Part shown: positions 1-13,766 of the stretch, in pieces
Layout of the letters: each line of letters starts with the position of its first letter
Position numbering within the stretch: the first letter of the stretch is position 1
Assembly (NCBI GenBank): GCA_030265395.1
Contig: JARFYF010000029.1
Coordinates: forward strand, 24,013,494 to 24,077,493
Source of the DNA: Rhina ancylostomus
Taxonomy: Eukaryota
Direction: 5' to 3'
DNA length: 64,000 bases
Notes under the pieces: model-generated
Databases searched by the model: none
Seen by the model: the letters and a program-made list of their open reading frames with translations, nothing else
Told to the model about the DNA's origin: nothing
Made by a program: the position numbers and the translations under genes

Positions 1-954
1 TTTAAATGAGAGCTCAGAGAAGCAAACACAAGTTGTGCAGCAAGACAGCCAGGCCACTGAACATTATGGCAAAATATCTTGCCACAGCTTTTCTAAATAA
101 TAGATTACTATACTGGTGTAAACCAATTACTCTGTGGAACCATTTCATTGTGATACTGAAGCAATTTCTTTCTAGCAAAATGAAAATTACTTTCAACATG
201 AAGGATTACTCATAAGTTAAGATAATTTGGTTACATTATACGTTCAATCAAGATGTGGGATTTTGGGGTTGGATTGCCTCCATCCTGTGTGATCCCAGCA
301 CCCAGACCAAATTTTTGCAGCCCCGTGGATTGAATTGAAGTGGAGGCTTCACCGCTGTAGCTGTCCAGCAAGGTCTTTGTTCTCCATTGGACTCTGTACT
401 GAGTTCAGCAATGGAGCAGGAGGTTAGATACAAAAGCATCTGGCCACACAGGCATCTTTCTCTAAATTAAGGGAAAAAAATAAGTCTGTTCCTATAGCTT
501 TCTCTTTAAATTACAGCAATGAGAAAAGTGAGTACAAAAACATGAAGTAGGTAATTTAGAAAAAAAAGTTAGCCCCAACCAAATACAACTGTGCATCTCA
601 GTGGAGTCAATACAAGTAACTGGAGGCAGCATAGTTTGGAAAGCGAATCTAACAAATTCTCTCTCCCTCAGGAGTTTTCATCTTCAGAGTTGTATGAACA
701 TAGACTGAACTAAGTCTTGCTGGTAAATGGTGCATGGTAAATACAGCTGAAGTCAGGACATCAGCACACATGCATCTAAAAGTAGACATCTCGACCTTGC
801 TGACGGATTCTGGCAGAAAATCCTACAGTATGCACCACCACCAGACTCCACACAGAGACCAATGATGGGGCATGAACTTGCTGTGATTTCTTGGTCCATG
901 CTTATGGATCCTGCTCCAGGTCTAACTTGCTACAGGATCCACAAGCCCACTCAG

Positions 955-993
955 TTGTGGATGTAAAATCTTCATTGGATTTTACATCCACAA
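955..993. repeat. Perfect inverted repeat, 16-bp stem with 7-nt loop
   Basis: TTGTGGATGTAAAATC-ttcattg-GATTTTACATCCACAA. A second, near-perfect hairpin (GCTTATGGATCCTG...CAGGATCCACAAGC) lies at 900-946. Confidence 0.9.
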
Positions 994-2764
994 AGAATGA
1001 TAAGAAAAAAAGCCAGTTTAATTATTTGTGTCAGCAGTAACATTTTAAATTATTTACAAGGACTTATTTTTCCCAAGGACGTAATGATTTATCAATTGAT
1101 ATGATGTATTCTTCCAAGAATTAAAAAATTACCAAAGAATGTTATGACTGAATCAGAACCTCTGTATAAACATAAATATGCACTAAAATTAATGGTAACT
1201 TGATCAGTAAGAGTTACTGACAATTCACTAGATTTCACTTACTCTTGTACACTGTATTCTAAAAGTTTATACAAGAGGCCTAAGAGATTAGAGTAATCAA
1301 CCAAACAAATAACATATTTATTTTTACTTGGCCCACTGCTTGCAATCATAAGCAGAATTAAAATTGCTGCAATCAATGCAAGTGGTTTATGCAATTGAAT
1401 CTTGGCTAACTTATTGAAAAAAATAGCCACATTACTCAACAAAATGTGACACTAATTAAAAGATAATTCCCAGCTTTTCCCAATGGCTAAGCACTTTTAT
1501 TCACTAAATAGCAAAGATCAGAAAGATCATCTCAGATTCTGAAACAGAGCATTTGGGAAATACACAGCAGAGGGGGCAAAAACACTTCAGGTTAAACTCC
1601 TCTTCAGAAATGAAAATTTAAAGATGAACAACTGAAGTTAGAAATAATAAAGGAGGGAGAGAAAACAAACACAAACTATGCCAGTGAAGGGTGGGAGTTA
1701 ATGGATCAAATTATCTGACACCACTAATAGATTGTTAGAAAATACGTGAAAGAACTTGTCTTTGAGACAATTAAACAGACGGTAAAAAGTCTTTTCCAAT
1801 ATCTTTTTACTCACTCACTGATGTTAAATTATCTAACCGCGTATGACTTTTCTTTTAAACAAGTTTTAGTTTATTCAATCTATTAACCTCCTCCCTGTGA
1901 TTTACTTACACTTCTTGCAACGAAGTTTAATAACTTACTGCAAGAATGGTAAGTGAAGCTTTCATCTATTAACTGAGTTCTGAAAGTTATGCTGGAGGGT
2001 GCAAAAGAACAACATATGAAAGAGCAAGAGTATCACTGACAATAACTTCCGAATTTCCACATTAAACTATAGAATTTCACATGATAATTTTGCCAGCTCT
2101 AAATTTCATCATCATTGCAGTCAGAAAATACATGTCAATATGGCAGCTTCGTTACTGAAAGTAAAGGGTAAACCATTATGCTAACATCAGCTATGAGTAA
2201 ACAGTTAATGAGCAAGAATGTGAGGTATTATATTTTGGGAGGAAACATACATAAGGGTATGTACACTTGAAGGAAAGGCACTGAAGCACGTAGATGAAGA
2301 GAGATGCTAGTAGGCATGCAATTATTACTTGACCACTGGGAGCTATTTAAACATCTACCCCTCAAAACCATCATTGACTGGATTCATTTCCTTATATTGT
2401 CTTTCATAGATCAGGATCCACAAGATACATATATCTTAACCACCAAGAAAAAGGGATACCTTTATTAATGAAAAGCCTTGATTAAAAAATTCACAAATAT
2501 ATCTAGCTGTTACCTATGCCATGACAGTCACACATAGATTCCAGCCCACAGCTGTCAACACACATTATGCTGCAAGAGATGTGCGGTGTCTCAGCTGAGT
2601 CAGACTAAATTACACCAAGTCATTGCAAGATTAAACTGAATTGAAGAGAGACTAGAGGTGGAAAAGGTTGGGTGGTGGGAAGCAGGAATATTTCCCTCAC
2701 TAAAGTGAATAGCTTAAAGAAGTGCAAGTACATGAGATAAAGTCCCCACAAAGATATTACATTG

Positions 2765-3070
2765 CTGGCAGAAATTCCATAATAACCAGCATATGACAGC
2801 ATCTCCCAGACCCACGTCTTCTTCCACAAAGATGAGGGCAGCAGGTGCACAGGGATATCACCAGTCATTCCCCTTCAAGTTTCACACCATATTGACATGG
2901 AAATATATCACCTGTCCTTTGGCATCATTGATTCTACTTCCTGGAGCTCCCTTCCCAACAGCACTGCACAAGTAGTTTCACCAGAAAGACTCACATTCAT
3001 GAAGATGCTCTTTCAGCACCTTCTCAAGGGCAATAAGTGTAGGTCGTGCCAGCATTACCTACATCCTGAA
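2765..3070 (+). mobile_element. 3' end fragment of an old non-LTR retrotransposon, same family as 50330-52155 and 53220-53670
   Basis: Reverse-complement similarity to 50330-50560 and 53260-53480 (e.g. CACCTTCTCAAGGGCAA, CACACCATATTGACATGGAAATATATCACC). Confidence 0.65.
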
Positions 3071-3621
3071 ATATGACATCAAATGTATAAAATGTTTGAA
3101 ATGAAAACTGTAAATATGATAGATCTTGAAATCTATTTTTAAACAGTTTGTGATCTTGATATTTTGCTTTTATTTGAAAAATAATGAAGTTCCCTTAAGA
3201 GGTTAAACAGGGAAGGTGCTCTATAATCAATAACAGTAAACGTTGCACAAATGATCTCAACAGAGCAAAAATATACTCATTATATAGTACTGATTGATGG
3301 GCTGTATATTTAAAATAAACTTAAAGTATTCTTTGCACTTTATATCATAACAAGTCATTTCATTCCAGTCGCATTTTATGCTTAGTCACTCACACCCTAC
3401 GGCCCCTATCAACCACAACTTCATTTTATCAACACAAAGTAGTTTTATCCTGTACATTTTTGTATACTGTTGAAAAGCAAAATAATTCTACAAATTTATA
3501 TAAACACTAAATGAATTGAAAAAAATGACAGGTCTAATTTGACTCAGTAGTCCAAGGTGAAGTTTTGCCTCGACACAGAAAAGGTTTTAAGATCTTGCAT
3601 TCCTATGAATAAAATGATAGT

Positions 3622-4363
3622 TGTTAAGGATTATTCTGAAGATATGAAATTATGGATAGCAGATGTTAATTAAAATGAGGACACAAGACACTGCAGAACT
3701 TGTCTTCAGGAAATAAAACCCGTTCACAATTTAACTTCAACTGATACTTTAAGGCTACTGAAACCAATCATTGGGTTGGGACATTCTGATTCTGTCGCAT
3801 TGAAACTACGCAGGGGAAGACAATAGATGTTCACATTAATTGGTGATCATTGAAAACCTCAGGATGAGATCGGAGAAAGCACTGAGTGGTCATTTCCTGT
3901 ATTAATGCATTGTTAAAGGCATATCCCTGCCATTTAATGCACAGTTCAGACAGGTCTGTTTTGTCACTTAACGTTCTGGCTAGTTGTATATTCATGGAGC
4001 CATCCCTCAACACTGTAACAAAAGAGGTATATTTTGGGTATCTGGAGTTTGTGCTTAGAAGCTCTTGGACCATCTACTAGTATTTGAATATTGAAAGGGG
4101 TTCAGTTAGTTAGGATGTGCTACCATTGTAAATATGTAATTCTGTACAGTTACCTGTCTACATTCAAAATGTTAAAGTTAAGTAAGTGATTATAGCTATT
4201 GACACTGTAGTTAATTGTTTGTTATCTTTGTGTTCATAAAGTATAAAACATTATGTGAGGAGAGATAGATTTTCTCTCCCCCCCAGTAGATCTGCTGTGT
4301 GAATAAAGACTTTTATATTTCCCAGTTGCAGCTTCCGTGTGACTCAGTTTTGTCAGACAAACA
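3622..4363 (+). mobile_element. Probable solo LTR (ERV or Gypsy-type)
   Basis: Termini TGTT...AACA. Flanks ATAGT/ATAAT resemble a 5-bp target-site duplication (TSD) with 1 mismatch. TATAAAA at 4242 and AATAAA at 4302 lie close to the 3' end. Confidence 0.5.
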
Positions 4364-6614
4364 ATAATTATTAAAAAGCACAAGTACCTTTAGATTTAAC
4401 ATATTTTAATCAAGGATTAGTGGAAACTGCACAATTTTGCTGCAGAAACTGGATTAATAATAATACGTAAGTTGATATGTATTAAATAAAAGAAATAATA
4501 GTTCCACAGACCTCACGGACAAGGCTGGCGTTTATTGTCCAGCATTTATCGTCCAGCCCTAAGTGCTAGAGTTAATCTCATTGCTGGGTTTGGAACCACA
4601 TACAGGCGAGACAAGGAAGGAAGGGAAAACTATTAAGGAGCCATTTGGGTATTTGTACCTGCAATGAACCAAATACTGATCACCTTAGATGAGTGGTGGA
4701 TAAGATCACATTATCTGGTCAATTATCAATAGTGTCCTATAAACAAGATTAGTAAATTGTTGATCTTTGATCATATTTCAACGCTTGGATAGTTTGAAAT
4801 AATCCAAAAGTTTTTTTTCTATATGGTAAGCTTAATATCAGCAGGAAAGAAACAGCGAGGCTTTTCAACCAAGCAGACCTATTCTAACCCATAGTCCAAA
4901 CTAGGAATGAAAGAGAAGGAAATTTAAATTAAGTTTAAATCTTGCACACAAAATCAAGATTGGGAAATACTAACAGATTAAGACAAAAAAAGGAAGCATG
5001 CAGAGGTTAAAGGATTATTTTTAATACACTTGCAACTTTCAATTTCTTCTGAGGAATGAAACTCTGCATATAAAATCAAATCTTCAAGCCCAATTGAGTT
5101 GAATTATAATTATCATCACATTATGCCATTAAAATTAACCCAATCCTAAATGCACCAATCCAAAATTTTAAACTGCAGAATTATACAAGCAAGTGCAGCA
5201 AGATTAGTAATCTCAATGCAATCTTTTGTCAAGGACTGCAACAGCACACCCTGTGGACAAGCAGGGTGTTCCTCTCAGCATCATTTGGATTTTTGCATAT
5301 TGCAGAAGCTGATGTTACTATCAGATTTACCCTGAAAGGACCATGAGTGTTGATAATATCACTGTTATTATTACAGAAAAATCTGTGTCATTAACAGGCT
5401 GCTGGTTCATACACACCTGACATACTATGTTGAATGCATTCTGAGTTCTGTCTCAACTTAAGAAATAGGAGAACATTTTGCTTCTTCTGGCCACTTGTTC
5501 TTTATACCAACACCAATCAACCATCCTTGGGAAGGATTGAGTTCATACCACTAATAAGGATTAGCAGATTTCACTCATGTCAAGAGGCATTAGCCAACCT
5601 AATGCAAAGGTATACTCAAAAACTTTGATTTTATAGATGGCGGGAGGAAGTAAAACAGGGCTAATGATCAGAGAGGAATCAGCTCATATTGCTGTTAGAC
5701 AGCCAGACTGTTGCCAGATTTACATCAAAGACAGTAGGAGCTAATGTCAAGTAGCTGGCATAAAAACACAGACCACGTAAGTTGGATTCCCTTTATAATG
5801 TCCTTGAGGATGGGATGATGCTTTTAACAGAGGAGNNNNNNNNNNAATCCAAAAAGCTCTCATGTATAATAATTACCCTATTAGTAGCTAAAGGAAGTTT
5901 TAGCTGTTATTTTTAAATCCTTCTTTACTGCCAATGGAACTTTGTTTCTTTTTAACAGTATAATGGCTCATTCATTAGTAGTTGCATTTGTATTTTTCCT
6001 AGAAACTTGTTGGCTCATTCAGTACCAAAATTCTGAAAGAGAATCCATAAGTTCAAGACAACTCAGGTGAGGCTACATTGGTTAAAATTCCAGTGTCACT
6101 GAAATACACAAGGGATCACGATGTATGATTAAACAATGGCTATAGTTTACAGAGCAGGCAGTAAGCCAATAACACATACTAGCTCACATTAAGGCCAGTT
6201 TACCCTACCTAAAGCTGGCATGCAGCAGCAGTCCCTTGTGTTTAGAACAGTGACTACTGCCATGCAGGAAGTGAATCTCACTGGGGAAGCAGTGAAAAAT
6301 GAGAGACCAGAGAGCAGTGTTGTTGAAACTGCAGTGGCAACTACGGTGAAGGAAGTGCAAAGCAGAGATATCCGGTGATTTCAGGGCAACCACAGGCCGT
6401 CCAGACATTTGCTCACAAGCCACTGAAAGCAGATGGACTTTCAACCTCAACAATGGAGTCAAGCCTTGAAGACCAGAACGCGAAAAGGTCAATGACTCAC
6501 GTGAATGTGCCTTGAAATGTTATATTTCAGCAAGTACATCACTTGTTTCAGACACCACTTGACTCACTCATCTGTCAAAAGTCGCCAGTAATCAGGACTT
6601 GAACCTACATTCAA

Positions 6615-8130
6615 AAAGGAAAATGCTGGAAATACTTGGGTCAGGCAGCATCTATGCAAGGAAAAATAGACTTAATGCATCAGGTAAATAAGCTTACAAC
6701 AGAACTAGAAAAAATAGGAATAAACAGGTTTTAAGGAGCAGGAAATAGAGTAAAGGGCAGGAGAGAATAAAAGGGTATGACTGTGAGAGGGTGAAGGAAA
6801 GAGAGATTAAATGACAAAATAAGATGACAGTACAATCCAAAGATTGTAACAGGACAAGAAAAAGATGTATAAATGGGAGGAGCAGAATTATTCCCTGACA
6901 TTACTAAATGAAAACATTGTGGATACAAGAAGCATGAAACTGAAACAGAAAGTGCTGGAAATTCTCATTATCTGCAGTTGTTGATGATGGAAGGGCGTGA
7001 TGGATCTTGTCAGATGATGTACTATTCTTTGAACATATATTGAGCTTTATTACAAAATGTAGGATACTGAGCATGAGTGCAGGCCAGAGACTTAAACAGA
7101 AGCTCAGGAGCAAATTACTATACTGAACACAGACGTTCCACAAAGCAGTCACCCACCATCCACTTCAGAAACCTTGATGGAATCTGAAACAACCCTGNNN
7201 NNNNNNNNNNNNNNNNNNNNNNNNNNNNNNNNNNNNNNNNNNNNNNNNNNNNNNNNNNNNNNNNNNNNNNNNNNNNNNNNNNNNNNNNNNNNNNNNNCAC
7301 TGAGCAAAGTGACACACCACTGCATGGAATTTGCTCAACTTGCCACATCCAGAATCCTGGATCTTCATAATTCTGCCTCCATCACCCAAAATGCATTTGG
7401 TCTCCCTGCTTTAGAGGAGACCACATCATTAGCAACAAATACAGTGTAATGTTTATTCACCTGGAAAGAGAGTCTAGGGTGCTCACTAGTAGAAAGGGAG
7501 GAGTTGGGAGAATGAGATTCTCATTACCTGTAGTTGCATGAGAATCCTGTGGGAAGATATCTAGGACTTAAGGAGAGTAGACATTGATAGAAACGAATGA
7601 GTGAACCAAAGTGTTCCAGAGGTAGTGGTTCCTTTGAAATGCTGAAAAAGGAGGGGAGAAGAAGGTGCGTACAGTGGCGGCACAGCACTGGAGGTGTCAA
7701 AGACGGTGGAGAATAAAGCACTGAATGTGAAGGCTACTGACGCAGGAGATGAGGACAAGAACCACCCCACCCTGGTACTGGAAAGAAGGACAAAGGACAA
7801 AAGCACCTATTTGGGGAACGGAACGGACCTGGTTGAAGGTTTATCATGTCTGGTGGAGGGGAATCCTCAGCGGAGAAGGAAGGAAGAGAAATTGTAAGCA
7901 CTGTAATAGAAGATGGTGCCGTCAGAACAGATGTGACAGAAATGGAAAAGTTGGGACAGCGGAATGGATTACTCGCAGAAAGCAATGTTAGAGGAGATAG
8001 TTTCGGTGTAGTTATGGGATTGCTGGTATTATAGTGAATATATTTTGCTAGCAGCCCCTGGCATGGAAAAAAGGAAGGAAAAGGCAGAGCTGGCCATGTG
8101 GAAGTGAGATTGCTGCAATTTTCCATTTCA
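6615..8130 (-). mobile_element. Decayed Penelope-like element (RT thumb, GIY-YIG endonuclease and terminal repeat)
   Basis: Minus-strand frameshifted peptides IHYNTSN/HNY...SIPLSQLFHFCHICSD (RT thumb, cf. SIPFSQFLRLRRICS), CIC**CGLL*SRETKCILGD and VGDCFVERLCSV (GIY-YIG, cf. CGLLYIGETKRRLGDRFAEHLRSV). Terminal motif AATGCTGGAAATAC...GGTCAGGCAGCATCT at about 6620. Confidence 0.75.
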
Positions 8131-8809
8131 GAGCGAGGGCAGAAAGGGGTACTAATTATAGAAAACTTGTGAAGGAAGACAGGGAGTGTGCAATCTACTG
8201 CTCCATTGCCAATCTCCTTTTCCTCTTCAAAGTCTTTCAATGCACCATAGCTACTCAAATACATGCTTGGATTTCTTGGAATCCTACTATGAATATTTTC
8301 ATTAATGTCTCTATCCATGTACCAAAATAAATATGATAAAAGTCTGTGAGAAAGGTATTCTATGCCTCTTCATCATTCTCAACCTCTAATCTTCAGCACA
8401 GCTTGTCACATCATCCTCCTCCATTGCCTCTTGCTGCTTAGGACTGCACTTATCTGGCTACATTCTTCTCATCTCTTCCTGTTATGACCAACAACTTCTG
8501 ATAGTTCCCTGTCTAAATGCAGCTGCTCAACAAGATCACCCAAACACATTGTTCCCAGAAGGAGATTAATAACAATCACCCCTAGTTGAGCACCATCTCC
8601 CTTGATCCTACCACTATCTCTAATAATTTGATAAAGGTACTAGATGAGCAGGAATTTCCTCCAATGAAATATCAGAAAGATGGAAGACATCATCATTAGT
8701 CTCCATTCCCTCACTGCCGACTACATACTTATCCCAAGTAACTGTGCCAGTTTGTTGGCAACCTTTGTGTCATAATCCCACGATGAAATTCAAACCATAA
8801 ATCATTGTC

Positions 8810-9180
8810 TTTGCTAAGACTGTCAATCCATGCCTCACTGGCTTCCCTTGTTTTCCCTTTAGATCATCCCAAACATTACCATCTATTTCCCAACTCGCAC
8901 CACATTTCACTCAGCCATTACCATGTACTCAATGATCAAAATTAGTTCCTGATTAAGTATTCTCACCTGTGTTCCCAAATCTCACCTCTGTACTTTTCAG
9001 CAGCCTACAAACCCTTGAGATAACAATAAGTCAATTTTGCCCTCTTGATCATCCCCAAATTTAATTGCTCCACCATTCAGCTGCAAAGGCTCTGCAAATG
9101 CCTCCCCAAATCTCACAGCTTCTCTCTCCTTCATCCTTTAAAACATCTCTCGCTGAGCAAGTTTTTTTTGGATTCATTAT
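8810..9180 (+). mobile_element. L2-type LINE 3' fragment
   Basis: CAGCCTACAAACCC...CCTCTTGATCATCCCC...GCTCCACCATT...CCTTTAAAAC resembles recalled fish/shark L2 3' ends. Confidence 0.55.
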
Positions 9181-9851
9181 CTCTATGTTTGATCTCTATG
9201 TTAATAGGTGCTGTATAAATGCACTTCATTCTTGTCTTTACAGAGTTGTGCTCACAGCTGAGTTATTGAGCATGTCCTTATTGTAGCACAGATATCTCAC
9301 AGATTGTCGCTCAGGAAGATGCAGCCTCTTGCATTCTCCACTACTCCTCTTCACTGTTGTTCAAGCTCTGAGTTTCCATTAAAACAAATGGATTGGTAGG
9401 TGAAGTGGCCACTGCAAANNNNNNNNNNNNNNNNNNNNNNNNNNNNNNNNNNNNNNNNNNNNNNNNNNNNNNNNNNNNNNNNNNNNNNNNNNNNNNNNNN
9501 NNNNNNNNNNNNNNNNNNNNNNNNNNNNNNNNNNNNNNNNNNNNNNNNNNNNNNNNNNNNNNNNNNNNNNNNNNNNNNNNNNNNNNNNNNNNNNNNNNNN
9601 NNNNNNNNNNNNNNNNNNNNNNNNNNNNNNNNNNNNNNNNNNNNNNNNNNNNNNNNNNNNNNNNNNNNNNNNNNNNNNNNNNNNNNNNNNNNNNNNNNNN
9701 NNNNNNNNNNNNNNNNNNNNNNNNNNNNNNNNNNNNNNNNNNNNNNNNNNNNNNNNNNNNNNNNNNNNNNNNNNNNNNNNNNNNNNNNNNNNNNNNNNNN
9801 NNNNNNNNNNNNNNNNNNNNNNNNNNNNNNNNNNNNNNNNNNNNNNNNNNN

Positions 9852-9916
9852 TTGGTGGTCAGCATGGACTCAATGGACTGAAGGGCCTGTTTCTGTGCTG
9901 TGTATCTGTGACTCTA
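9852..9916 (+). mobile_element. CR1/HER1-type LINE 3' tail beside a gap
   Basis: GGTCAGCATGGAC...GAAGGGCCTGTTTCTGTGCTGT, also present at 24210-24265. Confidence 0.65.
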
Positions 9917-12900
9917 CTTATTCCCACAGATACAATGCAATCCATGCAGAATGCCTACTATTTTACCTTTGTGTGGGAGCAACTGATTGTGCAGCAGCTT
10001 AGATGTCAGTTTAACGTCCCTATGCAGCTACCACTCCACTCCCTGTGGATTTTTGCGACTTGAAACAACTATATAAAGCATCAAACACTGGTAAAATTGC
10101 AACATTAGCTAGGAGAAATCAATCAGCAACTAACCGATAATAATGGATCATCCCTTTAAGCAGTGCTGGTGGGGGTGTACCTTCCTGCTGCTGAACACAT
10201 GTTAAGCCATGTGATGTTAAGACACGGCAATAACTGGAGTGTTGAGCTCCAAAACGCCAGCTTTGTCATCAGCTCAGCTTAGTGTTTGTTTTTAACTTCA
10301 TAACCTGTCTGCTCTGCATACTTCCAGCTCATGTTAAGGCCCACACCATGATGGTGTCTACCACAAATCACTTCACAAAGGTGCATGTGTGCAAGAGATA
10401 TCATTCTGGAGCCAATCATACCGACCAAAAGTGGATACTACGACACCTAATTTTTGCTGTGCGTCTCAGTTTAATATGGGGATTTTAGCTGCTTCACAAT
10501 CTCCAAATAATTCTGATCATATTCTGTTACAGTCATTCTGGGTGTTGAAGGATAACTAATCTTTTTGAAGAAGTCATTTATCTTAACATTGCTTCTCTCA
10601 CTTTAGGGAAAGAAGAGGCTCTAACATATATTTTAAAGGTTTAAAATTGACAGTGGCTATTGAGGCAGATACAACTCATCTCCTAACTGAGACCAGCCAT
10701 AACAATTTGTTGCTAATATTAATAAATTGGCAGCTGAGGTGACATTTATCTGAAGCATGATGAGATACAGACTTCAACCAAATCAACTATCGTTTCTCCC
10801 TGAACACACTGGCTCAGAACAAGAAACAAAGGTTGGGTGTGGGGGTGGGAGTTGGTGGTAAGGATGTTCTTCTGTGCACATTTTCCTCATTAAACCAACG
10901 TTACCACAATAAGAATCAAACATGACAATCAGATTAAACTCTATTCCATTAAAGCAAGGATTTATATAACATTCCCTTCTGCTTTGAGTAATTGTATGAA
11001 CAGCTCAGTATCCCACCCCCCTTCCCCCCACAACTCTTTACAAACACAATTGGAATTCTCAAATTGACAAGTGTGTGATGAAAGCTTAACAAGGACATCA
11101 GGGGCTCCGATTGCTTAAACTCCAGCTGATTCTACCTGGTTTACACCACCATCTGACTACTGCACTCTCACTAACATTTGCAGTAGTCTGTCTTTTATGT
11201 CTCCAGTGTGATCTTTATTTCAATTCATATCACACATTTCTACAGCATTGTGATTCCAAAGTTTCTTGCTGAGAATTCATTTTTCATCACTGGGAGAAGT
11301 GGTAGAGCTGTACAATTCCAAGCTAGAATTCCATGAATTTGGTCAATAAAGAAAATAAAATATATAATAATCAAATGCTGTTGTATATAGCCTTGGAGCT
11401 GGAATTGTCTATCAAAATCGCAATCATAATGCAACAAAGATGTAACCAGGCTCAAGCTCTAAAAATATAAAGATGCAAGATGCCTTTAAGCTGTCTATGA
11501 ACAAAATGAAAATAATGCCCTGAGAAACTCGGATATAATGTTGTCTTTGAGCCATATAACAAACTGGGAGTGCAGTCTGCCAGGGGTTAAGCACCTGTCT
11601 ATGGTGGATTTATTGAAGGTGGTGAAGAATCGCTTCAGTCACCGTCTCATCGCATATGTGCGGAGTGCTGTCCTCTGAGGTGAATTACATCAAAATAAAT
11701 GCTGTTTTAAGGAAAGCCTTGTAGCATTCCAAGAGTTAAAACTAAGTTACTTTCATTGATTAAAATCAAAAGCACCCAAGTGCTGTGCTAAATGCAGACA
11801 GCAGTGATGTTATCAAGACGTGTCGCTGTTGTATTCCTGAATGTGAACAGAGCAGCTAGCAAGCATACAAAGGAAAACCTAAACACTTGCTCCTTTTATC
11901 CATTCTTCAGCAGCTCTGCCACATGATAGACAAGTTATTTCATCCAACCAGACTCAAGCAGTTGCAAAGGATACACCTTGGCTCTAGGAAATCATTGGCT
12001 CCTCTCTGGGGAGTGGAGGGTGTTCAGTTATTAATGACCGCTGAGCAGGCAGCGCGATGTCAATGTGACAACTGATAGTGTGAAGCATGCACCACTAAGG
12101 ACTCTGGAATCGAGAGGAAATATAAAGGAGCTTAGCAGTATTTTCATTCACTGGAATGTCAGTCTCGGTTAGACAGCAGATTGCAAACAACGCAAACAGA
12201 TGCTTATTGTTAGAACACAGCTCAAATATTGCTGCACATCAGAGAGCAGAATACACGCTTATGGAAACCAATAGTATTTAAAACAAACCCTCGATCACAA
12301 GCTCAGAGGAAACCAAGCAAACTGAGATAGATGTATTAGGATATTAAGGTAAGCTGAATTATTTTTTAAACTTTGATGCTTCATGCTGAATTCTGCTTTG
12401 CACCTTATTTCTCATATTCTTATGGCTAAAACATGTGTACAAGTGAATGCGTGCTACATTAATTACACTCTGGTCTTCTGAATCCCTCTCCCAACCAGAA
12501 GTATAATGACAATTTGAGATGTGTAAAGTTCTGATACTTTATTTGCAATGATATGAAAGGAAAATTCCTCTCTGTCAAATAAGAAAATGTAACACTGAAG
12601 TTAAAATTAAGAAAAGACAGTCAGTACAAGTACTGTACTAAAGATAACTGGGGCTTTCATATAGCTAAAACACTGCAGTGCAAAGAAAGCTGTAGCATGT
12701 ATACCCAAGCTAACTGTCTTATTTTTACCAGAAATCAACATGGGGCAGGCAGCATTTTTTTTAAATGATGGACTAGGGTTAAAGCCTCTGATCTTGTCCT
12801 TGGTATCAACAGAACCCATCATAGAACTGAAGCAAATTAGCCTATTACAAAAGCTTCTTGACATTTTGTTTCACTACATTAGCAGGTTGATAGTTAATGA

Positions 12901-13195
12901 TCATCTTTAAAACCAAAAATAGGGCAGTTTCAAAATCTGATTACAAACACATTTTGCAGAAGGGTATGATAAGTGTGAATAACACTGCATACACCAAATA
13001 CTTACGACTTCCACTGATAATGAAAAAGATCAAAATAGGGAAGATTTTAAATAGGCTTTCATAGCAGGTGTGATTTTTCTTGTGTGTATTTTGTCAGGGT
13101 ATCCAGAAATCATATTGTGATGCATTGCGATGTACCAACAGAAATGTTTTTGTTTTCCAACAGATAAATATTGGTAATAAAGCAACACAAAGACG

Positions 13196-13305
13196 CAAGT
13201 AGCAAGAAACTGGAGTAGGCCATTCAGCCCCTCATTCCTGCTCTACCTCAGTGTCACTTTCCTACACTAGCCTCATGTCTCTTCATTCCCTTAACATCCA
13301 AAAGT
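13196..13305 (-). mobile_element. CR1-type LINE 3' tail fragment
   Basis: GGAGTAGGCCATTCAGCCCCTC...CCTGCTC motif shared with 26070-26110 and 61205-61250. Confidence 0.55.
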
Positions 13306-13766
13306 GTCCATAATATGCTGCTATTGGCTTGTTCTCCACAACTGAATAATTAAAGACAGAGCATTGTTTGAGTGAGTCTATAATGACAATAAGGACATTG
13401 CCTTTCTGCAGTTAGTTCTAATAAACATTCCACTGAATTAGCCTTTCTCCTAAATTTGTAGCCCCTTAATGCTGTAGGGCAATCTTATTGGCAGGGAAAT
13501 TAATATAAAGTCCAAAGCAACATTTCATACATCAATGTAGTGGCCAGGGAGGAGGCGAAGCAATGTTAGTTGTCTCTTTAACTTTAATGAACCACAGCCA
13601 CTTCCATTTTCCATCAGGTTGTCAACAAGGCTTCACTTTCATTCAAACCATTTTTGTTTAAGGTTTTAAATGCATATCGAATGCAATCAAGCAGGACAAC
13701 ACCGATGCTTCTGTAATTGTTATCATTGAGTGTACATATGTGAACAGTAGTGGGTGGTATACACAT

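Noticed and set aside
7734-8318. 194-aa minus-strand ORF
   Set aside because: It partly overlaps frameshifted Penelope RT remnants and is not a host gene.
9341-10002. Long ORFs containing X runs (also 29801-30472 and 40653-41129)
   Set aside because: Artefacts of N gaps.
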